DNA of 64,000 nucleotides, taken from contig CM060732.1 of the NCBI GenBank assembly GCA_030704615.1, positions 41,106,001-41,170,000 on the forward strand, in the 5' to 3' direction. The translations under genes and the position numbers were made by a program. The notes under the pieces were generated by a model that saw only the letters and a program-made list of their open reading frames with translations, made no database searches and had not been told where the DNA came from. The DNA is from Takakia lepidozioides (taxonomy: Eukaryota; Plantae; Bryophyta). Of this stretch, positions 36,840 to 48,400 are shown piece by piece. The number at the start of each line of letters is the position of its first letter. Position 1 is the first letter of the stretch.

Positions 36840-38119
36840 AATGTGGTTTCCTTACTATTTTACTCCGGGATTCCTGAACATAATCACTGGAAGAAAAACG
36901 CGGAATAACCACTGGCCCTTTAACCACCACTGTCTTTTTCCACTCTATAAACCACTAGTAACCACTTGCCAGTGGTTAATCCCAATGAAATGCCACGGTG
37001 GCATCACAGACAATGGTTGGAAGTGGTTTCAACCACTCAGTAGTCCACGTGTAATAATTTGTTTTTATTTATTATTATTTATTTGGTAATATATTTCATT
37101 TAATAAATATAATATTCCACGTGGACGAGTGCAGTGGTACATTGTGAGTGGTTATAGACACCTCGGCGATGGGAAGTGGTTGAAACCACTTGCTACTCCA
37201 CGTGTAATAATTCAAATTTTATTTGTGATTTATGATTTAGAAATATATTTTAATTCATAAATATAATATTCCACGTGGACGGGGACAGTGCACGTTGATC
37301 TTGAGTGGTTAAAGACACCTCATTGATTTGTACCACTTTGATAGTGGTGGAGAGTGGGTGTTGAAAGATACTGCAGTAATTGGAACCACTATTCTAGTGG
37401 TTGCTCATGAGTGGTTGCCTACACAACAGTGATTGGTACCATTTTTGGGTGATACATGAAAAACTTTAAGTGGTTTGTGCAGCTGTGACAGACTTTGAAA
37501 AACAGACAAGTGGCTAGACCATTGTGGGATGATGCTATTGAACAAATGGTTCCAACAATAAACTTTATTCTGAATTTGAAACATATTCGTCACCCTCTGA
37601 ATCACTTTACAACTGGAATAGCGGTTGGTTGCACAAATGCCGCTTGAATGGTAGCCAACATAGCCGGGTCTTCTTTATTTAGAGCCGTGGGACCATCTAA
37701 TGACCTAGGTATTGGCTGATCTGATAAGATAGACGTCGATTGGCACGCCACTCATCACCACATGCCTCTCTGTCTGCTGTGAACTGTGCCTTCTCTGTTG
37801 CATACTTTTTGTCACAAAATGGCAACAAGAATGACACATGTTAGCAATGAAGTATTACATTACTTAGCAAAAAATACCTAGCATGAATGCTACTTTAAAA
37901 ACCACTATTTCAAACCACTGGAGGAGTGAGCAGAATTACTTATAAATGAACATGCTCTTCCAATAAGTCACTCACTCAGACATTCCGTTACTACAGCATT
38001 GGTTATAATCAGGATGAACCACTGACATTTGTGACTTTGTGGGTGGTTTGATTACACTGGTGACAGTCAGAATTGAAATTGAATTTGATATGAATAAGGT
38101 GCAATGAAAAGAAGTACTC

Positions 38120-38460
38120 ACTGCACCCAATGAGCCATGACATTGGTATTGTTCAGCACATACAAAATTTGTGTTGCATCTCTCCTAGCTCCAGTCATGT
38201 CCCGCTTTTTGCCGACACCTTCGAAGACCTCGTCCTCAACCCCTTCCTCCGCATTTGCATCCCAAGTCCGCCGTTGAGTTGCATCAAATGATTATATATT
38301 CAGTCATGAACCCCATGGCCTCATCCAGAACATACCCTGTAGCCGTACTCCCTTCTGGCTTTGCGTAATTCCTAACGTATCCCTTAAGATCTTTCATGTA
38401 ACGCTCCATGGGATACATCCACCGTGAAGACACCGGATGAACAATTTTGTTTATCTCCAT
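38120..38460 (-). pseudogene. CACTA TnpD-like transposase fragment (DUF4218 region)
   Basis: PVSSRWMYPMERYMKDLKGYVRNYAKPEGS..GYVLDEAMGFMTEY, then a frameshift. Confidence 0.88.
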
Positions 38461-38544
38461 GGAATACATCTATGTGCTCACTTGTAACCACTAAAATGAA
38501 TTTAAAAAAAAAAATCAAAGTACAAAAGATTAAAAAAAAACACA

Positions 38545-38722
38545 TCGGCTAATAAGTGCAGAGTGTGTCGCCCTGGTGGTTCAGGGTTCAAACCCGCTGC
38601 ATTACCCCATGTGTGGGATTGTTTGTGACGACGGTATGTCTGGGCGTTGATCCTCCTGTAGGTCTCATGGCCCATAAATGAAAGGGGTTAATTTTTCCCC
38701 CTCCTCAAGGGCATGAGGTTTC
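38545..38722 (+). mobile_element. SINE family 3
   Basis: Homologous to 30050-30215; box B GGTTCAAACCC. Confidence 0.6.
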
Positions 38723-39579
38723 TTTTAAAATTTATAAAAAAAACAGAAACAAAAAGTTGCTTATAGGGTTTGTAAAAAGGTTAAAAAAACTTAAAAAGCT
38801 GCCCATCACGTATGTACAATATATACATACTTTTGGGGGGAGATTTCAAATGTGTGCATGTAGTGTACTGGCAAGGGCTCTTCCTTTGTGTCGACGGGTC
38901 GCGGGTTTAAACTACCCCCGTTGTTTTTTTTCCCCTCATGCACTAAGCCCCACTAAGCCCTCGTGCAGGTTGGTCTTAGCAGGTCGCGTTTAGGGTTTAG
39001 GCTTGCTCAACTGCACCGTGGTGGTTCTCATGGACAATCCAACATTACCTTACTACAGACACAAGCAGCATACACAAGAGGTCCGTTTGGGTTCATGGTC
39101 TGTCAAATCCTCCATGGGTCATGACATAAGGTCGACTACAATGTGGTGAGGGCACCTTCTTCTTCGACCTATTTCAGCCTGTTTTGCCCTCTCATCAGAC
39201 TCGGCCTTGAATTTGCAGCACGGAGCAGAGCTCGCATGAGTTTTTTATAGATCCTTCATGATGGTGGGACAATCGCAATCGCAAGGTGTGGCTTTTTCTT
39301 AATGTAGGATGTGAAGAAGTTTGTCCATCCTGCAAATGTGGGCTTTTGGCTCCTGTTAGTACCGTGATTTGGTATTCTTCCTGATGTTTACAAGGTTCTT
39401 GGGAGAGTCAACGTGGTCTTAGCATGTCATGTTTCAATCTTTGCTCGCTTAGCTGCACCATGGTGGTTCTCATGGACCAATGCGATGTTTTTTTTTCCCC
39501 TCAAGCACTAAGCCCCACTAAGCCCTATCACTGCTGCGCACTTAAGTCCTCGCTGATGTTTACAAGGTTCTTGGGAGAG

Positions 39580-41200
39580 TCAGCTTGGTCCAGGGTATGC
39601 ACGGTAGGGACGTGGGATGGAGGCTTCGAAGACCTATGAGCAAATGATGGGGGAAGCAAATCGTGTTTGTGTGCATTTGCAATGCTTGTGCAAGCCTGGC
39701 AGCTCTCGAGAAGGGCAAGAGGTGCATGGGGATATCATCAAAGCTGGAATTGTGCCATATGTCAATCTGAACATGCCCCTGGCAGCTTTGGAAAAGGGGA
39801 AAGAGGTCCATGGCGTCATCTTCAGAGCTGGAATTGTATCAGATGTCATTCTGAACAATACCCTGGTGAACATGTTTGCAAAATGTGGGTGCATCTAGGA
39901 TGAAAAGGGAGTGTTCGACACTATGGCTGAACGAGATGTGGTGTCGTGGAGTGCGATGCTTTGCAGGGTATGCACGGCAGGGACGTGGGATGGAGGCTTT
40001 GGAGAGCTATGAGCAGATGATGGGGGAAGCACATCATGTTTATGTTCATCTGCAATGTGCGTGCAAGCCTGGCATCCCTGGAGAAGGGCAAGAGGTGCAT
40101 GGGGATATCATCAAAGCTGGAATTGTGCCAAGTGTCAATCTGAACACTGCCCTGGCAGCTTAGGGGAAAGAGGTCCATGGCGACATCTTCAGAGTTGGAA
40201 TTGTACCAGATGTCATTCTGAACAAAACCCTGATGAACATGGTTGCAAAATGTGGGTGCATCTAGGATGCAAAGGGAGTGTTCGACACTATGGCTGAACG
40301 AGATGTGGTGTCGTGTAGTGCGATGCTTGCAAGGTATGCACGACAAGGACATGGGATGGAGGCTTTGGAGAGCTATGAGCAAAGGATGGGGGAAGCACGT
40401 CATTTTTGTGTGCATTTGCAATGTGCGTGCAAGCCTGGCAGCCTTGGAGAAGGGCAAGAGGTGCATGGGGATATCATCAAAGCTGGAATTGTGCCAAATG
40501 TCAATCTGAACACTGCCCTGGCAGCTTAGGGGAAAGAGGTCCATGGCGATATCATCAGAGTTGGAATTGTACCAGATGTCATTCTGAACAAAACCCTAGT
40601 GAACATGGCTGCAAAATGTGGGTGATCTCCTGCCTGTGAGAAGAGACAAGACGCCGCCATTGCGCATCCCCAGGAGCTCGTCCGGCATGGGCACAAAGTA
40701 GTAGAATGCAAAGGGAGTGTTGGACACTATGGCTGAACGAGATGTGGTGTCGTGGAGTGCGATGCTTGCAAGGTATGCATGGCAGGGATGTGGGATGGAG
40801 GTTTTGGAGAGCTATGAGCAAAGGATGGGGGAAGCACGTCATGTTTGTGTGCATTTGCAATGTGCGTGCAAGCCGGGCAGCCTTGGAGAAGGGCAAGAGG
40901 TGCATGGGGATATCATCAAAGCTGGAATTGTGCCAAATGTCAATCTGAACACTCCCCTGGTAGCTTAGGGGAAAGAGGTCCATGGCGACATCTTCAGAGT
41001 TGGAATTGTACCAGATGTCATTATGAACAATACCCTAGTGAATATGTTTGCAAAATGTGGGTGCATCTAGGATGCAAAGGGAGTGTTGGACACTATGGCT
41101 GAACGAGATGTGGTGTCGTGGAGTGCGATGCTTGCATGGTATGCACGGCAGGGACGTGGGATGGAGGCTTTGGAGAGCTATGAACGAATGATGGGGGAAG
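39580..41200 (+). repeat. tandem array of a dead ~366-bp PPR triplet (4+ copies) inside the CACTA element
   Basis: Units start at about 39602, 39975, 40341, 40780 and 41145; they share deletions, a duplicated L-motif half and a TGCATCTAG stop. Confidence 0.92.
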
Positions 41201-41352
41201 GGGGGGCACCTTCTTCAATAGCACAACGGCTACGTGTGGATAGATGGTCAACTGGAAACAGCAATGGCAACAGCGCAATTGATAGAACAAGGCCCACTGC
41301 TAATGAAGGTACCTTCTTCAACATATTTCATTCTGAATTCCCCTGCTATCAA

Positions 41353-41455
41353 AGTCGTCCCTAAGTATCCAAAAACAGGTAACAGATATGAGAAAAAACT
41401 GTGGGATGAATACTTTTCTGACCCCAGTAACTGGTGGGACAACCGAGGCAAAAAG
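41353..41455 (+). pseudogene. fragment encoding an OSB-type PDF motif (first half)
   Basis: LWDEYFSDPSNWWDNRGKK followed by a GT donor; matches the W..FF.NP..WWDNR..K half of the PDF motif of organellar ssDNA-binding proteins. Confidence 0.7.
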
Positions 41456-41529
41456 GTGAATGCCTGTCATATTACAGAGTGTAGCAAATGCAATTGTCCA
41501 TAGGAACTAGTGTGATAAGTTGAGTTGGG

Positions 41530-41770
41530 TGCAATTGCACTCTCCCTTTCCTCTCTGCTTCTGTTTGCTATTCAAAGGTAGGATTCCTGCCCTTAGTTTA
41601 AATTTCAGTCTGGTGCCGAGAGTGGGTAGACCCTTGAGGTCATCCATGGTGTCCTCCCCCATGTCACAGACTGGAAACAAGTCCAGGGAAGTTTTCTGCC
41701 TAACTTCATTTTCATCAGACAATTTTCTGGAAACGGACATGGCTTTGGACACTACAGCCTCTAAGTCAGT
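41530..41770 (-). mobile_element. internal LINE fragment (same family as 5527-6310)
   Basis: Near-identical peptide ...[38 protein letters not shown]. Confidence 0.9.
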
Positions 41771-41819
41771 AGGGTTGGGGCATTTGCTGGAACAATTCTA
41801 AAAGGAGAATGTTTGTCAG

Positions 41820-41975
41820 ATTACCAGATGTCATTCTGAACACTGCCCTTGCCCTGGTGGACATGTATGCCAAATGTGGGTGCATCGAGGATGCCAAGGG
41901 AGTGTTCAACACTATGGCTGAACGAGATGTGGTGTCGTGGAGTGCGATGCTTGCGGGGTATGCACATCAGGGGTG
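41820..41975 (+). pseudogene. PPR S-P motif fragment
   Basis: PDVILNTALALVDMYAKCGCIEDAKGVFNTMAERDVVSWSAMLAGYAHQGCG. Confidence 0.85.
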
Positions 41976-42530
41976 CGGAGGACCCTGCCCCAGCCATCGT
42001 GAAGGGAGCTGAGAAAAAGTACATACGAAAATGAGAGCGTGTAACCAGAGCCACTGCTGCCAAAGGCACAAAGTCCTTGACTGATGCAAATGGTGACATA
42101 ACACCAAGTTCTAGCGGGAGTAAGAGTCAGGTGGGCCTTCAGGATGCTCCTCTCCATGCAGCAGTTTTCGTACTAGAGGTGAGCATGCATGCACTTGTTG
42201 GCTATCAGTTCTGTACAATGTGGTCATTTACATGTTGGGTACTTCAGACTATTAGTAGATGCATTGCTAAATGTAACTGCTAAGGGGTGTTGGGCGTGAT
42301 GTTTGCAGGCTGAGAAAGCCACTCTTGATATTGCCACCGACAGTGCACCAACTACGGCGCCTTAACCCCCCAATATCAACCCCCTGCCACAGTGGCAGAT
42401 ATTCTTATGCTACCAAAAGTACTCTACACTTTGAGTGATTGCTTATACTGGACGGTCCTCATTATCTAGTTTTCAATGTACACGTAAATCTTCATGGGTT
42501 GATTAATGTGGGTTTTATGGTGGGTGTTGT

Positions 42531-42806
42531 GTGCAGTTTAAGTTGAAGGACAAAATCAGCCTGTATGATCCTCATGTACCACGACACAGGGCTGCCAGTG
42601 GAATTGTCAATGGTGTGCTTGACAAAGACACATATCACTGTCGTGTTATACCTGAAGGATTGTGGCGGGTTGAGGTGAATGATATCTATATTGCCAATTG
42701 TGTCTTGCCTCACCCTAACGAGGAAGAGGTCCCACCGCAAACAATGTTGGAAGATGTCGTCGGTCTGAATTGTCTTTGGCCAGAGAAGAACATGAAGATG
42801 GCTTAG
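42531..42806 (+). pseudogene. probable C-terminal exon of the CACTA second (TnpA-like) ORF
   Basis: ASGIV...YHCRVIPEGLWRVEV......LPHPNEE..PPQT.LEDVVG...LWP pattern typical of CACTA accessory proteins; lies next to the right subterminal region. Confidence 0.55.
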
Positions 42807-44781
42807 AATTTCATTCGCCCGGGCGTAGACATTGCTGGCAGTGAGAAGAAGGTAGGAAAGCAGTTCAGTGTTCCTAGCATGCATGCAGAGACGCCGTGTA
42901 AAAGTTAGGCTCAGACTTTTATCATGGCTGGATTTTGTTGACAGTGTTCCAACACTAACTCTCTAGGATTCTATTCTAGTTTGTGGAGCTTGAATCCCCA
43001 ATGGTACTTCTTTCACTACACTAGTGGTATGTGTTCATCTAGTCATGTTCATAATCACTTGCACATCACTGTAATAGTGGTATAATTTAAAACTGTGGGA
43101 GTAGCCAAATGCACACAATGGCCCACATTACCACTCATATAGTGGTATAAGTAATCACCTATATATTAGTGTATTAGTGGTATGGATTCCTCCAGTGGTA
43201 TTCCTAATCACTTACACACCACTCTGTTAGTAATCATTCCAATCCATAGTTCCCACTCATAGAGACACCATGGATGACTCAAACAACTTACATACCACTC
43301 TGTGGGTAATCATTCCAATGACCTGCTGAGAGACGTCATCCACTCACATAACCTCGCTATGAATGATATTGCATATTCTCAGTTTTTATAGAAATGACTA
43401 TATGAGTCATTTTTATTTTGGGGTCATAGTGGTTTAGTGTCTTTTACCACTCAAAATGAGTGGTTAACATAGTGGTTATTCCGCGTTTTTCTTCTAGTGA
43501 ATTCTGGAATTTGAGGGTGGATTCTTCAGGATTCCTGAGTGAACTGTGGAGGCCGTAGTGTATTATGCGGTAGCTCCATCAAGCGGCAGAAATGGATTAC
43601 ACAGCGGAATACATGTGGTTCTGTAAGGAAGGCCTTCAATACCCTCTTTAGTTTGATCCCAGTTTTTTCGCAGCACCCTTCAACAACCAGAGCATGGCAC
43701 ACAACAAAAGCAAGGTTAGAAGCTGCTCACCTCGCGACTAAGCATTGCACGATTATTACGTCTCTCTGTTCTTGGGCGTCACAGAGATCCATGTGTGCTT
43801 TAAAGAAAGAAACATTGCAATCTATTCAGACGAACTCCCCAACAGCAACAGGGGCAATTAGGCGCAGCCCATTACAATTCCACCAAGAACTAAAAACGTT
43901 ATGGAAGACAGAGCAGTAGCAGCTTAAAGAGGGCACTGCTGCTACTTTCCCTCTCATCAAGCTGAAAGCAAAATATGTACTTGTGCTGAGGAAAGAGGGC
44001 ACTAATCCAGATCAACTGAACTTTTGTGGTCACTGGATACTCCTACCTCTGCACAGCGTTGAGGCACGAGCCATGCAGGGGGGAAATGTATCCCTATGCT
44101 CTTTGGGCTTCTTGTGGACATTGTCAAGTCCCTTCTTTTTTGCTCTCTTCTTCCCCCCTTCCTCCACTTTCTGTTCTGTGACAGTAGTGTTTGGTAAGTT
44201 CAAAATCTGACTTCCAAAGAATCGTAAATGGCATTTGTCGGAGAAGTTGAGGGCCTCTTTATCAGGAAGCCTAACAGCCAGGATATTCTCAATGGGGGAT
44301 ATCTAGCCATAATGTTAGGCCTGGAAGTGGGAATGTATATGCCCGGAAATGGAAGTAAGCATTTGGCTTTCCATATTATGAGGCATAAGGTCAGTAGATT
44401 CATTGCTGGAATAGGAAATTGCACCAGACTATACGTTAAGGATGTGTCCAGTCTGCTTGAAATTTATTTAAAGTCGAGTAAGCCTAATTAATTAAAGCTT
44501 TGGGAAAACTGTAATCTGGTGAGAAGCTACTCTTGAGATTCCCCACTTGAGACTGTTCTCCTTGTTCATTCCAGATTCAACAAAGAATGAACTCATGTAG
44601 CCTCCATGACTATGGTATACTACAAACTCATTAGAATGGTATTTCCTCTTGACAATTGTTGGACTTCATCATTAGTCCATAAAGTACTCCATGAAGCTCT
44701 GCGTGAAATCCAGGTTGAAGTAGGACCCAGGAATCCACCAATTCCTGGCAAGATCCAGTTCCATCCCCTTTCTCCCAATCC

Positions 44782-45429
44782 TCATTTCATTCCATTGAGG
44801 TCCACAAGAAACTCCAACCCATTCTTTCCTTCTCTATGGTTTAATAATTTTTTGAACCACACAGTATACACAATGTATTTTTTTCTCCTCCAGTGTAGGC
44901 TCTGGTACCTCCACTTTGACAGCCTCATTAGATGCCCACCCTCTATCAGAGATGCGTCTGTCAACAAAAGTTGAGGATGGCCTTGAATGAGCTTGCCACC
45001 ATCAGCACGTTTCCAACACAGATGACATGAATTGATAAGAACAAGGAGTTCCTTGCTGTCGTCAATCAGAGGATCTACAAATGCTCGAACATGAACTGAA
45101 GTGTTTGGGTCCACACTAGTGACAGCAAGTGTGGTAGGGTCTATATCAAAAACATATGCATTGTCTCCCTCTAGGTAGTGGTCAAGGGCAAATGTCTCCA
45201 GACCAACCAAGTAGTGATACTTTGTATTCCATTTGGCTCGCCATGATTTGCTGCATCCACTATACTCACTAGCATCTTGTTCTTTGGCAAGTGTTCTCTG
45301 GAAAATTTCTTCGGAAATCCCTGCATAGGAGTAACAAACATTTTCATTGACAGGCACTTCCTTGATGAGACAAATAAGAAGAATAGCTCCAACCAATGTT
45401 AGGCACACCTGACCGTTTCTTTCAGACAT
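44782..45429 (-). CDS. uncharacterised 215-aa ORF (gene fragment or TE protein)
   Basis: Open from ATG for 645 nt with globular-looking composition; family not recognised. Confidence 0.3.
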   Translation of the reverse strand: MSERNGQVCLTLVGAILLICLIKEVPVNENVCYSYAGISEEIFQRTLAKEQDASEYSGCSKSWRAKWNTKYHYLVGLETFALDHYLEGDNAYVFDIDPTTLAVTSVDPNTSVHVRAFVDPLIDDSKELLVLINSCHLCWKRADGGKLIQGHPQLLLTDASLIEGGHLMRLSKWRYQSLHWRRKKYIVYTVWFKKLLNHREGKNGLEFLVDLNGMK

Positions 45430-48400
45430 CCTGGCCTTGCACTCTATACATATGTCAATGTTGAGGACATAGTAAACTCTGGACTCACGACTTCAAGGTA
45501 ACCAAAGATCAAAAGGTAGCTCACATCCAAGGTAAAGAAGAGCATATGAGATGAAAGGAAAGGAACAGTCAAGGAAAACAAACAACAACAAGAAGGAAGG
45601 CAACCAGAAAGAATGATGTCCCATCACTTGGAAGGTCCACCCAAGAGACTGAGACCATCAACTATATCATGTATCACAGGACCAGTTCTTATAACTCCCC
45701 CCTGACTTCATCAGTTACTGACAGAGGTTCTAGGGCAGGTCCGATTGTCAATTAGAAGTTCCATGCTCAATTAATTAACTAAAAAACCGCACAGAAAAAG
45801 AGGAGGAAGGAACTACTCTAGCAGTGGAACCTCCCACCCTAAGACAACTGAAAGAGGGGGAAGGTTTTGGTTTCCAAACCTTACTCGCTGTGAGGACCTG
45901 CTTAGATTTGGAGCCTTTTCTTCACAGCATAGCTGTGCAACGATGACGATGGGGTCTTTGTCATTCGAGACTTTCCTTCTAAGTTGTAACCTCGCTCAAC
46001 TTGAAATCCATATGGCTGTCTGGTGCACAAGTTTAGATTTTAGTTACAGCCGAACGCGCTTCAGCGCTCTCCAAAACACCTAGCACTTTATCCAGCAAGC
46101 TTACATTGCACACCATGACCATGACATTGCTTGAATCCGGCGTGTGCCTCTTAGGGCGCTCCAAGGACCAGCCAGGGTCTGTATATCAATGTCAGGCCAC
46201 ATACTGATTTGCGGAATGGTCGAAGTTGTCGGAGAATTGTAGGCCCAGCTTACAAATAGTTCAATTAGTGAGGAGGAAGAGCCATTGCCCGTTACAGATC
46301 CTGGAGAGCCTGACGAGGACGAGGTGGGTTCAGAGACGGGGGACAAAAGTAGTCTAGCGGGTGAGAGAGGTTCACAGAATGTTGGAGAGAGTGGAAATGG
46401 GAGAGGCAGGGATGAGACTTTGATGTATCACGGCCATCATCTTTGGAAGAGCAAAGGTCTTGGTTGCACTGACAGAGGGAGCATGGCGAACCATCATCGA
46501 CAGTTCCATAGCAGGCCGGGAACTGTAGATACTGTGGGCACCAGAAGGAAAGCCTGGAGGCTGCGAAAGCAGCCTGGAGAGCTGGAAACAGAAGGGTTTG
46601 CATAAGAAAAAGATGCTCATTAATCGGATGGGAGGGAGACCCAGGTTGGATTGGAAAGGTGGGGTGAAGCGCCAGATTCCCAACAAACAGATGGAAGGGA
46701 GCCTAGCAGCACAACAAAACATCAGGCAAGTGGAATGAAAGATAGCAGTGAGATGTTTTGGGTCTCTCCAAGACGTCCTGTGTCACAAGAAGAGAAACTA
46801 AATGTCAGAAATACTAGTGAAACTGTGGTTGTTCGACCGTCATTTTTGCACGGAAACGTTGTTGTTGTAAGTATTCTCCCCTTCTGTTTGGGAGAGCATG
46901 CAGTGCACTCACTTGCTGTGGTGCCTCATGTTATATAACTTTATACAGCCAAGTTCTTGAACTGCCCCTTCTTTATTTCAATTTGGTTGAACTCAGCCAA
47001 CATGATCACCCAGACTCTGGTAGGGTGGTTTCGGACCCACAGTTGCAAGACTTAGGGTGTTAAGAGTATTTGTCCACTTAAAGTTGCAACCTGCCATTTC
47101 ATGGTGGTTATGTCAGCATAGTGCCATAGACCTTAACTTGCTACCTGACAGTGTGTTTTCTTTTGTACCAATTTAAAACGTATCACTTGCCTTACCCACT
47201 TGGATTCGTGTTCCTCACTGCAACCTATTGGGTGCATTGAATTGAGCTGAATGGAGGAGTCTTCCTTTCCTCTGTATACATTGAATTGAGCTGAATGGAG
47301 GAGTCTTCCTTTCCTCTGTATGTTGCAGGTCATATGTTTCACATATATTATGATCTATCAGGAATCAACCTGAAGGGCATAAGAAACTCACATCCATAGG
47401 GTACCCAGTTTAGACCAGCAGATGATTGTATGCAATGTCTGTTAGGAATTCCTGCATGTTAATGAGGCTATTAAGATCTTTTCTATTTTTGAAAAGGGGA
47501 ACGAACCCCTGAATTGCATTACAACAGAGGAAGAAACAAGAAACAACCTCCAGGAGCCAAGGCAAGTACAAGCGACGACGCATCTGCCCGATGGTCACAA
47601 CTGGACCACAAAAACGACCTGACTACGCGCTAAGAGCTGCAAAGAACTAACGCTATCAAGCCCCAGCAATCGAAGATTAAACAGTCTAAAGCAAATCCAG
47701 CACAAGCGCCCGAGCAGTTAGACAACAGGGAAACCATCCGAAGAATCATGGCAGAATCCAGGAGCAGCCAAAGCACTGCCCCTGGAAGAAAACAAGCACT
47801 GTAAGTAGAACAGAAACCGAACAGCCACTAGAGAAAACACCTGACAGAATCAGAGGCGAAAACCAGAGGACCAGCGGAGCCAAACGCAAGGACTGAATGC
47901 TCATGCATACAGATAACTGATCTGATACCCAAATATCCAAACCAAGATTGGCCATGATCACAAATAAATGTTAAAATCGTTTAAAAGTCCGAGTGAGCTG
48001 ATGAAAAAGAAGGAGCCTGGTGTAATGATAGTCACAACGGTAGGACCCGCTTGTAACTAGCCAAGGAAAAATGAGGATTGCACTGGAAGTAGCCTTGCCC
48101 GGTGACCTCCACACCATTTTGGGATCCGATAAGTAGTAACCCCTGGCAGCAGCTGCAGCATTGCTGCAGTCACCATCATGGTCATTTTGATAACAGATCC
48201 CATGGTAGCACTGCATTCCACCACCCTCAATAGTCATTCAATCCAGTTGAAACCAGACCCACTGGTTACCACCATGCAGCTCATCTCATTGTCATCCGAA
48301 GCCTCTTCAAAGCAAGTTCAGAAACTCCAATACCGCAACCAACCTCATCGAACAAATATAAAACAAAATCACCTCATGATGCAATAAAGGAGCAAATTAA

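Larger units (their letters stand above)
36885..43499. mobile_element. CACTA/EnSpm transposon with internal cargo
   Basis: 29-bp TIR CACTGGAAGAAAAACGCGGAATAACCACT / AGTGGTTATTCCGCGTTTTTCTTCTAGTG (1 mismatch); 3-bp TSD AAT; ACCACT/AGTGGT subterminal repeats at both ends. Confidence 0.95.

Noticed and set aside
45690-47935. LTR retrotransposon suggested by PBS-like TGGGTATCAGA (~47920, -) and PPT-like GGGGGGAG (~45695, -)
   Set aside because: No paired LTRs, TG...CA ends or gag/pol motifs could be identified; too weak to call.
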